Positions 18,888-28,773 of a stretch of DNA of 64,000 nucleotides are shown here, in pieces. The DNA is taken from contig NZ_CAKVKB010000003.1 in assembly GCF_934754915.1 (NCBI RefSeq), positions 2,281 through 66,280 of the forward strand, given 5' to 3'. This DNA is from an uncultured Clostridium sp. (GTDB lineage Bacteria; Bacillota; Clostridia; Clostridiales; Clostridiaceae). Made by a program: the position numbers and the translations under genes. The notes under the pieces were generated by a model. It worked only from the letters and a program-made list of their open reading frames with translations. It was not told where the DNA came from and did no database searches. The first letter of the stretch is position 1. Each line of letters opens with the position of its first letter.

Positions 18888-19784
18888 CTATACATCAAGA
18901 TTAGGTAATTCAGTTAAAGACTTAAATTGATATCCTGAATTTTTGAGATCTGTTATTACTTGTTTCAATATTTTTGTATTTGTATCAGAGACTGCATGAA
19001 GCAGCATTATGCATCCAGGATGAGAACCATTTACTATTTTTTCTATTCCTTTTGATTCAGAAGGTTGATCGTTTATAAGCCAGTCTTTATAGGCGAAACT
19101 CCAAAAAATCGTTTTATATCCTAATTGTTTAGTCATTTCTAATGATTCTTTTGAGTATTTTCCCATAGGAGGTCTGAAAAATTTGGGCATATCCTGTCCT
19201 GTTAATTCTTTGTATGCATCTTCAACACCTGTGAATTCAGATTTAAACTTTTCTGAATCATGGATTTGTGCCATTGATGGATGATGTACACTGTGATTTC
19301 CTACAATATGTCCCTCGTTTACCATTCTTTTAATTAAGTCAGGTTCTGTATCGATATATGGTTTTACTACAAAGAAGGCAGCAGGAACTTCTAATTCCTT
19401 TAATGTATCTAAAATTTTTCCTGTATTTCCATTTTCATATCCTTCATCAAATGTAAGGTATATTGTTTTATTTGATGTATCGCCTAAATAGTATCCATCA
19501 TTTTCTTTCAAAAAATTCAGACATTCTTTAGGAGGTTCAGAAGGATTATCTTTTCCTTTTCCAACATAATACCAGTTTAATTCGCTTTGATCATTTGAAA
19601 AAGTAAATATATCTTCAAAATCTTCAAAATCAGCAAGATCTCCTAGTGCTCCATCATCTGAAAAATAATCCTCATTATATATTTTTTCAGAGTTATTAAA
19701 TGAAGCATATGCAGGCATGGCAATAGATGAAGAAAAATTGATAAATAACGAAAAAGCAACTAAATATTTTAGAGTTCTATTCAT
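18888..19784 (-). CDS. polysaccharide deacetylase family protein, PdaA-like, secreted
   Basis: It has a signal peptide and the NodB motifs TFDEG, HSVHHPS, RPPMG and LLHAVS. Confidence 0.8.
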   Translation of the reverse strand: MNRTLKYLVAFSLFINFSSSIAMPAYASFNNSEKIYNEDYFSDDGALGDLADFEDFEDIFTFSNDQSELNWYYVGKGKDNPSEPPKECLNFLKENDGYYLGDTSNKTIYLTFDEGYENGNTGKILDTLKELEVPAAFFVVKPYIDTEPDLIKRMVNEGHIVGNHSVHHPSMAQIHDSEKFKSEFTGVEDAYKELTGQDMPKFFRPPMGKYSKESLEMTKQLGYKTIFWSFAYKDWLINDQPSESKGIEKIVNGSHPGCIMLLHAVSDTNTKILKQVITDLKNSGYQFKSLTELPNLDV

Positions 19785-20164
19785 TAAAATTCACCTTCAA
19801 TTCATTAATAAAATTATATATTAAAATTGACATATAGAAGTTGATTGAATATTTGTATATTTAAATGCATGGATTTTAGAGATAAAAGAAATATTAGAGT
19901 TAATTAAATAAGATGTCAATTATAATATTTATTAATATTATTTGTAATTTAAAAAATAAAACACATGGTAATTTGTATCATTGATTTATAAAATATTGAA
20001 ATAAAAAGACATCTAGAGTATAATTTTTAAGGATGTATTTATTTAGTCAAAATTTAAAGCCAGTGTCAATATTTCATGCTTGTTTTTAAATTGAAGTTAT
20101 ATAAAAATTAATATAAATACTATAAAAAATAAGCAAAACTTATGAGTGAAAGGAATGTACATAG

Positions 20165-21262
20165 ATGAAATTAGGTATGGTAGGTTTACCAAATGTAGGT
20201 AAAAGCACATTGTTTAATGCAATAACAAAGGCTGGTGCAGAATCAGCTAATTATCCATTCTGTACTATTGAGCCCAATGTAGGTGTTGTAAGTGTTCCAG
20301 ATAAGAGATTAGATGTTTTGGAAAAGATGTATAACACAAAGAAAAAAGTTTATACAGCAATAGAATTTTATGATATAGCAGGATTAGTTAAAGGTGCATC
20401 AAAAGGTGAAGGATTAGGAAATAAATTTTTAGCTAATATAAGAGAAGTAGCAGCTATAGTACATGTTGTGAGATGCTTTGATGATGAAAATGTTGTTCAT
20501 GTTGAAGGAAGCGTTGACCCTATAAGAGATATTGAAACTATAAATCTTGAATTGATCTTTTCAGATTTAGAGATATTAGAAAGAAGAATGGAAAAGACAG
20601 TTAAACTTGCTAGATCAGGTGATAAGAATGCTAAATTTGAATATGGGGTAATGGCGAGAATTAAGGAACAGCTTGAAGCCAATAAACCAGCAAGAACATT
20701 AGAATTTTCTGATGAAGAAAAAGCTTTTGTAAAAAGTTTATTTTTAATTACATACAAGCCAGTACTATATGCATGTAATATATCAGAAGATGATGTTATG
20801 GATGGAAATTTCAATAATGATTATGTAAAGAGAGTTTCAGAATATGCTGCTGCTGAAAATTCAGAAGTAATGGTTGTAAGCGCTAAAATAGAGGAAGAAA
20901 TGTCTGGTCTTGATGATGAAGAAAAAGCTGAAATGTTAGCTGAATATGGATTAGAAGAATCAGGATTAGATAAATTAATAGAAACAAGTTATAGATTATT
21001 AGGTCTTATGAGTTTCTTAACAGCTGGAGTTCAGGAAGTAAGAGCATGGACTATAAAGAGAGGAACTAAAGCTCCTCAGGCAGCTGGTAAGATTCATAGT
21101 GATATTGAAAGAGGATTTATCAGAGCTGAAATTGTAGGATATGATGATTTAGTTGAATGTGGTTCAGAAGCTGCTGCTAAGGAACATGGTAAATTCAGAC
21201 TTGAAGGTAAAGATTATGTTATGCAGGATGGAGACGTAGTTAATTTCAGATTTAATGTATAA
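20165..21262 (+). CDS. ychF: redox-regulated ATPase YchF
   Basis: The G1 motif GLPNVGKST and the C-terminal TGS-like region ending [11 protein letters not shown] are present, at the canonical 365-aa length. Confidence 0.92.
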   Translation: MKLGMVGLPNVGKSTLFNAITKAGAESANYPFCTIEPNVGVVSVPDKRLDVLEKMYNTKKKVYTAIEFYDIAGLVKGASKGEGLGNKFLANIREVAAIVHVVRCFDDENVVHVEGSVDPIRDIETINLELIFSDLEILERRMEKTVKLARSGDKNAKFEYGVMARIKEQLEANKPARTLEFSDEEKAFVKSLFLITYKPVLYACNISEDDVMDGNFNNDYVKRVSEYAAAENSEVMVVSAKIEEEMSGLDDEEKAEMLAEYGLEESGLDKLIETSYRLLGLMSFLTAGVQEVRAWTIKRGTKAPQAAGKIHSDIERGFIRAEIVGYDDLVECGSEAAAKEHGKFRLEGKDYVMQDGDVVNFRFNV

Positions 21263-21479
21263 TATTTAGAGTATTATTTTAATGCTTCTTATTTAAGAAA
21301 CAGAAATATCTGTATCTGAAGTAAGAGGCATTTTTCATGAAAAATATTCAATATTATGTCAAAGAAAAACAAGAAGTGGATTTTTATTGAATTTTTTGAT
21401 AAAATAAAATTTAGCATATACTTTCAGTAATAATTTGTAATTAAAGTTTTTTAGTATAATGCAGATTGTAATCGATGAG

Positions 21480-21592
21480 TATTATATTATGTTGCAATTC
21501 ACAATAAAAAATGAAATCTTTGAAAGAGTTCTTTGATATTTTTATATGTATATGATAAATATTAAATATAATTTTAATATTGTAATATATAT
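21480..21592 (+). repeat. intergenic repeat copy D (D/J subfamily with alternative right half)
   Basis: TTATATTATGTTGCAATTCACAATAAAAAATGAAATCTTTGAAAGAGTTCTTTGATATTTTTATATGTATATGATAAAT...ATTTTAATATTGTAATATATAT. Confidence 0.7.
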
Positions 21593-21675
21593 TTAATTTA
21601 ATAAAAATAGATATTTATTTTGTAAATTAAATAGATCTGCTAAAAAACAGATAAAAAGAGGAGGGGGATTTTAGG

Positions 21676-23424
21676 TTGAGTAAAATAGAAGAAAGCAATA
21701 CGAATATTTCCAAAAGCAAATATTTTATGCCAATGATATTAATTATTATTTATATAGCAATAGCATTACTTATATCAGTTGTAGTTAAGTTTTCTATGGC
21801 AACTGATGAAAACAATGCAGTAGTATCTATAACTGACAATAATGGAGACCAAGCACTTTTAAATGGAAAATATGATATGGCAATTTCAGAATATAATTCA
21901 TTACAGCAGAATGAACAATGGCCAATATGGACATTGAAAATAGGAGAAGTATATTCTATACAAGGCGATTATAAAAAGTCAAATGAATTTATTCAAAAGG
22001 CTTATGAAGCAAGAAATAAAAGTATTGATACACAAAGTGCTGGAATTGAAGGATTTGAAGAAAAAGATAAGGAACTTGCAGAAGGAATTGTTATAAATTC
22101 TTTTATAAATGGTGAATATCAAAAAGCAAAGGAATACGGGGAATTTTTCTTGGGCTTATATCCAGATGATTCAGAATTATTAAAGGCTATGTTTGGTGTT
22201 TATATAGCAAATAATGAAAAAGATGAAGCTAAGAAAATAATAAGCAACTTTTCAGAAGCTGAGAATGATTCTTCATCTTTAATTACAGCAGCAAAAATGA
22301 ATCTGCTTTTAAAAAATTATGAAGAAGGTTTAAAGCAGATTGAAAATGCTTATAAATTGGATGAGAATAATATAATTATACTTGATACAATAGATGATGC
22401 AGCAAAATATAATAAGGATACTATAATTAAAGAGATAAATAAATTAAAAGAAAAAGATAAAAATAACAGTGTTTATGATTTATTTTTAGCAAGAGTATAT
22501 TGCAGTGATTCTGCTTATATATCAAAAGCCGATGAAATAATGAAAAAACTTGAAGAAGATTATGCTGAAAATAATAATTATCTTTTTACAAAAGTTCAGA
22601 TGAATATAAATCAAAAGGAGAACAAATCAGCAGAAAAAATATTGGATGATATAATGGACAACAACGAAGGTACATATATAGCTGAATATGCAGATTCTCT
22701 TAAATGTTACTATGAAAAAAAATATGATGATGCAATAAAAGCTGCGAAGAGATGTATATATCTCAATAAAGATTATTTAAATTCATATAGTTCATTAATA
22801 CCATCAATATTATTAGGCCAAAATAAAACGTCAGAAGAAGAACCTTATTTGAGAATAGCTTTAACCAAAGAACCTTTTAACTTTGGCAACATTATAACTA
22901 TAGCAGAATATTATAAAGATGTTCTTCAGGACAGCAGCAAAGGTTTATATTATTATACACTTGCATCAAAGATAAATAATGATAATGCAGAGATATATTA
23001 TAAGATGGGATTAATTCAATATAAAAATCAGAGAATTGATGAAGCTGTTGAATTTCTCAAAAACAGTACATCTTTAGATAAAGCTAATCCTAAATATTTT
23101 AGAGCATTAGGAGCAGTTTATTTAGAAACTGGAAAAAGTGAAGAAGGAATAAATCAGATAAGAAAAGCTTATGACATTGATAAGGAAGATATTGCAACTT
23201 TAAATGATGCAGCATATTATTATATTTATTCTGAGCATAATGTTACAAGAGCAATGAGTAATATTAAGGCAGCTTATGAAGGAATTGATGAAAAAACATC
23301 TGAATCAGAAAAAGCAATAATAACTGATAACTATAACAGAATAAAAGTATTATATGATTCTTCAAAAAAGGATAATTCCTCAAACAAAAATGAGATAGTG
23401 TCAGAAGTAAAATTAATTTATTAA
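21676..23424 (+). CDS. membrane-anchored TPR-repeat protein
   Basis: It has a TTG start after AGAGGAGGGGG, one N-terminal TM segment and many TPR-like repeats (e.g. AEIYYKMGLIQYKNQRIDEAVEFLKNS). Confidence 0.6.
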   Translation: MSKIEESNTNISKSKYFMPMILIIIYIAIALLISVVVKFSMATDENNAVVSITDNNGDQALLNGKYDMAISEYNSLQQNEQWPIWTLKIGEVYSIQGDYKKSNEFIQKAYEARNKSIDTQSAGIEGFEEKDKELAEGIVINSFINGEYQKAKEYGEFFLGLYPDDSELLKAMFGVYIANNEKDEAKKIISNFSEAENDSSSLITAAKMNLLLKNYEEGLKQIENAYKLDENNIIILDTIDDAAKYNKDTIIKEINKLKEKDKNNSVYDLFLARVYCSDSAYISKADEIMKKLEEDYAENNNYLFTKVQMNINQKENKSAEKILDDIMDNNEGTYIAEYADSLKCYYEKKYDDAIKAAKRCIYLNKDYLNSYSSLIPSILLGQNKTSEEEPYLRIALTKEPFNFGNIITIAEYYKDVLQDSSKGLYYYTLASKINNDNAEIYYKMGLIQYKNQRIDEAVEFLKNSTSLDKANPKYFRALGAVYLETGKSEEGINQIRKAYDIDKEDIATLNDAAYYYIYSEHNVTRAMSNIKAAYEGIDEKTSESEKAIITDNYNRIKVLYDSSKKDNSSNKNEIVSEVKLIY

Positions 23425-23576
23425 TATTGAATTTTTATAATTAAAGTTAAATTATTAGGATTATATCAAATTAAGTTTTTTAATTAAGATATAATCCTTA
23501 AATAATTTTATGTGAATTTACTTCAAAAACTTATGTATATTGTTATTTGTACGAAAATATAATAGAGTTATTAAAG

Positions 23577-23661
23577 TATATATGTCGCAATTAACAATAA
23601 ATGCTGAAGTCTTTTAAGATTTTCTTGACTGTTATGTCGTTTTATTATTTAGAACATATAT
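23577..23661 (+). repeat. intergenic repeat copy E (one-module form)
   Basis: TATATATGTCGCAATTAACAATAAATGCTGAAGTCTTTTAAGATTTTCTTGACTGTTATGTCGTTTTATTATTTAGAACATATAT. It ends about 30 nt before the next start codon. Confidence 0.8.
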
Positions 23662-23692
23662 AAATTATAATATCACTTCAGAGGTGAGGAAG

Positions 23693-24826
23693 ATGAATAT
23701 ATTAAAGAAAAATCGTTTAAAAATTATATGTGGCAGTGTCCTACTTGCAGGAGGACTTGTGTTAACAGCAATGAATTTATTGGTGGGAAAAGGAGTGAAA
23801 ATTACAGAATGGAATAATTTTTATAATGAAAACAATATAGCATTTTTTTATGAACAGATTCCTAATGAAAAGCTTGCCACATTAGACTCTTCGTATAAAA
23901 TAAGTGAACAGGCTAGTGAATGCAAAACTGATTATGACAAAGTTATGAAGGCAGTAGAAATTGTAAATAAAATTTTAAAAACTGATGATGTTGAAAGTAC
24001 AAATCTTAATGATGGGTATGATATATTATCTAGAAAAACTCAATCTAATAGATCGTCAATTAAGGATATGGCAGTTGTTACAAGAGACTTCATAAATATT
24101 CTTGGAATTAAAAACAGAATTGGTGTATTTAGAAAAGGAAATTCTAAATATCATTCAGATGTTGAATATTATGTTATTGAATATTGGAGTTCTGAAGACA
24201 ATAAATGGGTAATGATAGATGTAAGTGATGGTGGACATTTTGAAGATGATAATACTAAATTATCTGCAGTTGAAGTTATAAATAGTGATGTGAAGAAAAT
24301 ATCTTATTTAGGAGAGACATCTCAACTTGACTATAAAAATAAAATAAGCAAATATTTTGATTCATATAGTGTATCCATAGAGAATAGTTGTGAAAAGAAA
24401 AGAAGTAATTGTAATGTAACATATATAAAAAATGATACTGCAATAGAATATAAAATAAAAGACACTTTTGCAGCACCAACAGTATTTACAAAAGAAAGAA
24501 AATTATTTGAAAGAAGTCCATTTGATACCCTTGTAGGTTCAGATGAAAAAGCATATTTATTAGTATGTGGAGCTGTTTCTAATGATGATGAGAAAAAAGA
24601 TGATGCAAACAATAAAAAGAAAACTAGTTCTAATGAAAATTCAATACTTGTAGCTGCATTTAAAGATGATAGTGTTCTTAAAGAATTTTATTTAAATGTA
24701 AATGGAGAAGGGTATGAGCAAGTTCAAGAAAATAAAGAAGTAAAACTTAAGAAAGGTTCTAATGTTCTTGAATTATCTTTAGATGGAATCAATACAGTTG
24801 GCAGTGTGACAATTGAAAAGCAATAG
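23693..24826 (+). CDS. hypothetical signal-anchored protein, possibly a degenerate transglutaminase-like fold
   Basis: Start is ATG 23693 after GAGGTGAGG, with an N-terminal TM segment. The segment VVTRDFINILGIKNRIGVF...YVIEYWSSEDNKWVMIDVS loosely resembles a transglutaminase core without the Cys. Confidence 0.4.
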   Translation: MNILKKNRLKIICGSVLLAGGLVLTAMNLLVGKGVKITEWNNFYNENNIAFFYEQIPNEKLATLDSSYKISEQASECKTDYDKVMKAVEIVNKILKTDDVESTNLNDGYDILSRKTQSNRSSIKDMAVVTRDFINILGIKNRIGVFRKGNSKYHSDVEYYVIEYWSSEDNKWVMIDVSDGGHFEDDNTKLSAVEVINSDVKKISYLGETSQLDYKNKISKYFDSYSVSIENSCEKKRSNCNVTYIKNDTAIEYKIKDTFAAPTVFTKERKLFERSPFDTLVGSDEKAYLLVCGAVSNDDEKKDDANNKKKTSSNENSILVAAFKDDSVLKEFYLNVNGEGYEQVQENKEVKLKKGSNVLELSLDGINTVGSVTIEKQ

Positions 24827-24917
24827 TTATATTTATTACAAAAATTTAATTATATTTACAAGAAATAAATATATTATTATAATTAAACAGAAGGAAAAAG
24901 AAAGTGAGTGATAAAGT

Positions 24918-25778
24918 GTGGCAATAGACTTTTTGTTTATATTTAAGGCTATAGTAATAGCTGTTATAGAAGGATTGACGGAATTTATACCAGTATCATC
25001 TACTGGACATATGATAATTGCTTCTAGCATTATAGGATTTAATGATCCAAAAGAATTTGTTGATATGTTTGAAGTTGTTATTCAGCTTGGAGCAATATTA
25101 GCAGTTGTAGTATTATATTGGAAAAAAATTAAAGATAGTGTTATAGAATTTTTTGCTTATATATTCTCAAAAGGCAAAAAAGGAAAGACAGGTTTTGATT
25201 TTGGAATAAATGTAATAATGGGAAGCATACCTATGCTTATATTTGGACTTCTATTTTACAGTAAAATAAAAAGTCTATTTAATGTAAAGGCAGTAGCCAT
25301 AGGGCTTATAGTTGGAGGATGTTTATTAATAGTAATAGAAAATAAGTTCAGAAGAAAGAAAAATGCTATAAAAAACATTGATAACATAACTCCAATGCAG
25401 GCTTTAAAAGTAGGTGTATTTCAGATATTGGCTTCATGGCCTGGAATGTCAAGAAGTGCATCAACAATTATGGGGGGATGGGTTGCAGGATTATCTACTC
25501 CGATTGCAGCAGAATTTTCATTTTTTCTTGCAATACCAGCAATGATTGGATCAAGCGGGCTTGATCTTCTGAAATTTGATTATTCTCAGATGACATTAAC
25601 ACTATGGGTTACGTTAGTAATTGGATTTATTGTTGCATTTGTTGTTTCTATAGTTGTTATGGAAAAATTTGTGGCATACTTAAAAAAGAGACCTATGCGA
25701 GTATTTGCAGTGTATAGAGTAGGAGTCGGAATAATATTTGTAATATTAATGTTGTTAGGCATGGATTTATCAGCATAA
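24918..25778 (+). CDS. uppP: undecaprenyl-diphosphate phosphatase
   Basis: The BacA/UppP motifs EGLTEFIPVSSTGH and PGMSRSASTI are present. Start is GTG. Confidence 0.9.
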   Translation: MAIDFLFIFKAIVIAVIEGLTEFIPVSSTGHMIIASSIIGFNDPKEFVDMFEVVIQLGAILAVVVLYWKKIKDSVIEFFAYIFSKGKKGKTGFDFGINVIMGSIPMLIFGLLFYSKIKSLFNVKAVAIGLIVGGCLLIVIENKFRRKKNAIKNIDNITPMQALKVGVFQILASWPGMSRSASTIMGGWVAGLSTPIAAEFSFFLAIPAMIGSSGLDLLKFDYSQMTLTLWVTLVIGFIVAFVVSIVVMEKFVAYLKKRPMRVFAVYRVGVGIIFVILMLLGMDLSA

Positions 25779-25805
25779 AATATACATTACAGTGGTTTTT
25801 ATATT

Positions 25806-25862
25806 TATATATGGAAAATTTAAAAGGATGTTTGTTATATCTTTTTAAATTTTCCATATATA
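25806..25862 (+). terminator. 20-bp perfect inverted repeat just downstream of uppP
   Basis: TATATATGGAAAATTTAAAA-17 nt-TTTTAAATTTTCCATATATA. It lacks a clean U-run, so it may be a terminator or another hairpin element. Confidence 0.5.
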
Positions 25863-26060
25863 ATATAAATGCTGCTGTATTTTTATTTACGAATATGTTG
25901 CTATAAATATAAAAATCTATATGTATTCTGAAAATGAAATTAATTAATAATAATATTATTAAATATGGATATTTCATAATTATAAATCCATATAGTTAAA
26001 ATCAACATATAATATACATGTTTATATTTGACATAATGTATATTTATTATTTTTGAGAAT

Positions 26061-26177
26061 TATACTAATATGAAAAATCCTCAGATAATAAAATTACATA
26101 ATAGTTAACGAAATCTTGAAAAGATTCCATCATTCATTATCAATTCTCCATTGTTAATTGTAATATGTATATATATA
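26061..26177 (-). repeat. intergenic repeat copy F (two-module form)
   Basis: The minus strand reads TATATATATACATATTACAATTAACAATGGAGAATTGATAATGAATGATGGAATCTTTTCAAGATTTCGTTAACTATTATGTAATTTTATTATCTGAGG... The right end is degenerate. Confidence 0.75.
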
Positions 26178-26430
26178 AAAAGTCTTAATATAATTATTAA
26201 GAAGATTAAATTTAAAAATTCATATATCAAAAAATATATAATAAAGAATATATTGTCAATTTGTACTTTTCATCGATTAAAGTTTATGATATCATAAAAT
26301 TAGTAGAAGTAATCGTATACTTAATATGATTTTCTATTAAAAAAATATATGGGATGTGAGAAGGTTTAAGACAAATATTCAGAAAATAATGAAAATTTGT
26401 TGAAAAAGATTATGGTATAGGGGGATTAAG

Positions 26431-27528
26431 ATGAAGAAAGAGATTAAGAAAATAGCATTATTAACAGGAGGGGGAGACTGCCCCGGTCTGAACGCAGTAA
26501 TAAGAGCAGTGACAAGATCAGCAATTTTAAATTATGGTTATGAAGTTATTGGATATAAATTTGGGTATAGAGGACTTTATAACAATGATTTTATGAAACT
26601 TGATTTATCAACTGTATCAGGTCTTTTACCTAGAGGAGGAACGATTTTATATAGTTCAAATAAAGATAATCTGTTTGATTATTCAGTTATTGAAGATGGA
26701 AAAAAGATAAAAAAAGATGTTTCGGATGTAGCAGTTGAAAATCTGAAAAAGGAAAATGTCGATGTTCTGATTGTAATAGGTGGAGATGGAACTCTTACTT
26801 CAGCAAGAGATTTTGCAAGAAAGGGTGTTAATGTAATAGGTGTTCCTAAGACTATTGATAATGATTTGGGCTCAACAGATACAACATTTGGTTTTAATAC
26901 ATCTATTGGTGTTGCAACAGAAGCTCTTGATAGACTGCATACAACAGCAGAATCACATCATAGAATAATGATACTTGAGGTAATGGGCAGAAATGCAGGC
27001 TTTATAGCATTAGAATCAGGAATAGCAGGTTCAGCCGATGTTATATTAATACCAGAAATCCCATATGATATAAATAAAATTGTTGAAAAGATTGAAGATA
27101 GAAAAAAACAAGGGAAATTATTTACTATTATAGTTGTTGCAGAAGGTGCAAAACCTAAAGATGGAGATGTTATGGTAGCTAAAATAGTTGAAGATAGCCC
27201 TGATCCAATAAGGCTTGGTGGAATTGGAAATAAACTTGCAAATGATCTTGAAAAGTTAGTAGATGGAAGAGAAGTAAGGTGTACTGTTCTTGGTCATATT
27301 CAAAGAGGAGGCACTACATGTACATTTGATAGAATATTATCAACAAGATATGGAGTAGCAGCAGTAGAACTTATAAATCAAGGTAAGTTTGGAAGTATGG
27401 TATGCTTAAAAGGAAATGAAATAACTTATGACAGTCTTGAAAATGTAATTGGAAATAATAAAAATGTAGATCCAGAAGGAGAATTGGTTACAGTTGCAAA
27501 GAAAATAGGAATATCATTTGCTGATTAG
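26431..27528 (+). CDS. pfkA: 6-phosphofructokinase
   Basis: PFK motifs are present: GGDCPGLNAVIRAV, IGGDGT, PKTIDNDL, MGRNAGFIA. Confidence 0.9.
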   Translation: MKKEIKKIALLTGGGDCPGLNAVIRAVTRSAILNYGYEVIGYKFGYRGLYNNDFMKLDLSTVSGLLPRGGTILYSSNKDNLFDYSVIEDGKKIKKDVSDVAVENLKKENVDVLIVIGGDGTLTSARDFARKGVNVIGVPKTIDNDLGSTDTTFGFNTSIGVATEALDRLHTTAESHHRIMILEVMGRNAGFIALESGIAGSADVILIPEIPYDINKIVEKIEDRKKQGKLFTIIVVAEGAKPKDGDVMVAKIVEDSPDPIRLGGIGNKLANDLEKLVDGREVRCTVLGHIQRGGTTCTFDRILSTRYGVAAVELINQGKFGSMVCLKGNEITYDSLENVIGNNKNVDPEGELVTVAKKIGISFAD

Positions 27529-27621
27529 AAGTTTTTAACGAATAAGATATATCTGTTATAATTAACATTAAGGATATAATATGCCTAGTGACATTAATTA
27601 GTATTTTAGAAAGTGGTGGGT

Positions 27622-28401
27622 ATGATGAAAGAAATAAAGAAGTATTTAGAAACAAGAATTGGAACATATGCATTTTTCTTTGAAGATTTACAAAGTGGAT
27701 TTTGTTATGGATATAATGAAAATGCTCAAATGACAAGTGCTGGATGTATGAAACTTCCTATTGCAGTTTCTGCTATTAAATATGTAGAAGATGGTAAAGG
27801 TTCATTCTTGGATAAAATAACAATTAATGAAGAGGATAAAGTATATGGAACAGGAATAATTCATGAATTTGATAATAGGGACTATACTTTTTTTGAATTA
27901 CTTGTTGCTATGCTTATTCAAAGTGACAATACAGCAGCAAATAAATTAATAGATATTGTTGGAATGGATACTATCAATGAAGATATTCAAAGTTTAGGAT
28001 TAAAGAATACAAAGCTTAACAGAAAGACTTCTGATGAAAGAGCTTTGAGTAATGGTATTGAAAACATAACAAGTGCATTAGATTTATCTAAAATATGGAA
28101 ACATTTATACAATGCAGATTTTTTAAATGAGAAAAATAGCACTATGCTTATAGATATATTACAAAGACAACAGATGAAAAATAAGTTGGCATTATATATT
28201 CCAGATGATTTAAAATATGAAATTTCAAGTAAGACAGGAGATAAGAGTGGTGTAGAAAATGATACAGCGCTTTTACACTTACAAAAAGGAGCATTTACAT
28301 TTACAGTTTTATCAATGGGAATTCCAAATAGTGTTTATGGAACTGTAACATTAGCTAAATGTGGTAAAATGATGTGGGATTCAGTTATGAATAATTTTTA
28401 A
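27622..28401 (+). CDS. class A beta-lactamase-related serine hydrolase family protein (atypical first motif)
   Basis: SDN (IQSDNTAANKL) and KTG (SKTGDKSG) motifs are present. The expected S-x-x-K position reads G-C-M-K (TSAGCMKLPIA). The start is uncertain (27613, 27622 or 27625). Confidence 0.6.
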   Translation: MMKEIKKYLETRIGTYAFFFEDLQSGFCYGYNENAQMTSAGCMKLPIAVSAIKYVEDGKGSFLDKITINEEDKVYGTGIIHEFDNRDYTFFELLVAMLIQSDNTAANKLIDIVGMDTINEDIQSLGLKNTKLNRKTSDERALSNGIENITSALDLSKIWKHLYNADFLNEKNSTMLIDILQRQQMKNKLALYIPDDLKYEISSKTGDKSGVENDTALLHLQKGAFTFTVLSMGIPNSVYGTVTLAKCGKMMWDSVMNNF

Positions 28402-28411
28402 TAGTTAAAAG

Positions 28412-28440
28412 AAAAGACTCCAAATTAAGGAGTCTTTTTT
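28412..28440 (+). terminator. Rho-independent terminator
   Basis: AAAAGACTCC-aaattaa-GGAGTCTTTT followed by TT. Confidence 0.85.
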
Positions 28441-28472
28441 GGAATATTCATACTTTTTATTTAATGTAAACC

Positions 28473-28504
28473 GTCAATTGTATATTATTAATTGAAATAT
28501 ATAC
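28473..28504 (-). repeat. left-end fragment of the intergenic repeat (copy G)
   Basis: The minus strand reads GTATATATTTCAATTAATAATATACAATTGAC. Only the terminal arm and modules are present. Confidence 0.6.
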
Positions 28505-28547
28505 TGGGTTAAAGGAATCTCTCTTTTATCAATAAACAATATTTATA

Positions 28548-28689
28548 TTGACACAATAAAAAATAAGTGTTATTCTTACACAAAGAATAACCTTTAATTT
28601 GATTCAGAGAGATCAATAAGGAAGTTATATGACAATATTTTATGTATCAGGATTATTGTGTCTTCCTTTGATTAAGGAAGATTTTTTTT
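28548..28689 (+). promoter_or_regulatory. pyr operon promoter plus PyrR-type transcription attenuator
   Basis: The promoter is TTGACA-17-TATTCT. The binding hairpin is CCTTTAATTTGATTCAGAGAGATCAATAAGGAAG. An AAGGAAG copy can pair alternatively with the terminator TCTTCCTT-tgatt-AAGGAAGA followed by T8. Confidence 0.8.
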
Positions 28690-28773
28690 ATAAAAATTAT
28701 ACATAAAAGTTAATGTTTATTATAATTTCCTACCTTTAAATTAACACAGAGAGGTTAAGAAGGAGTGATAAAA

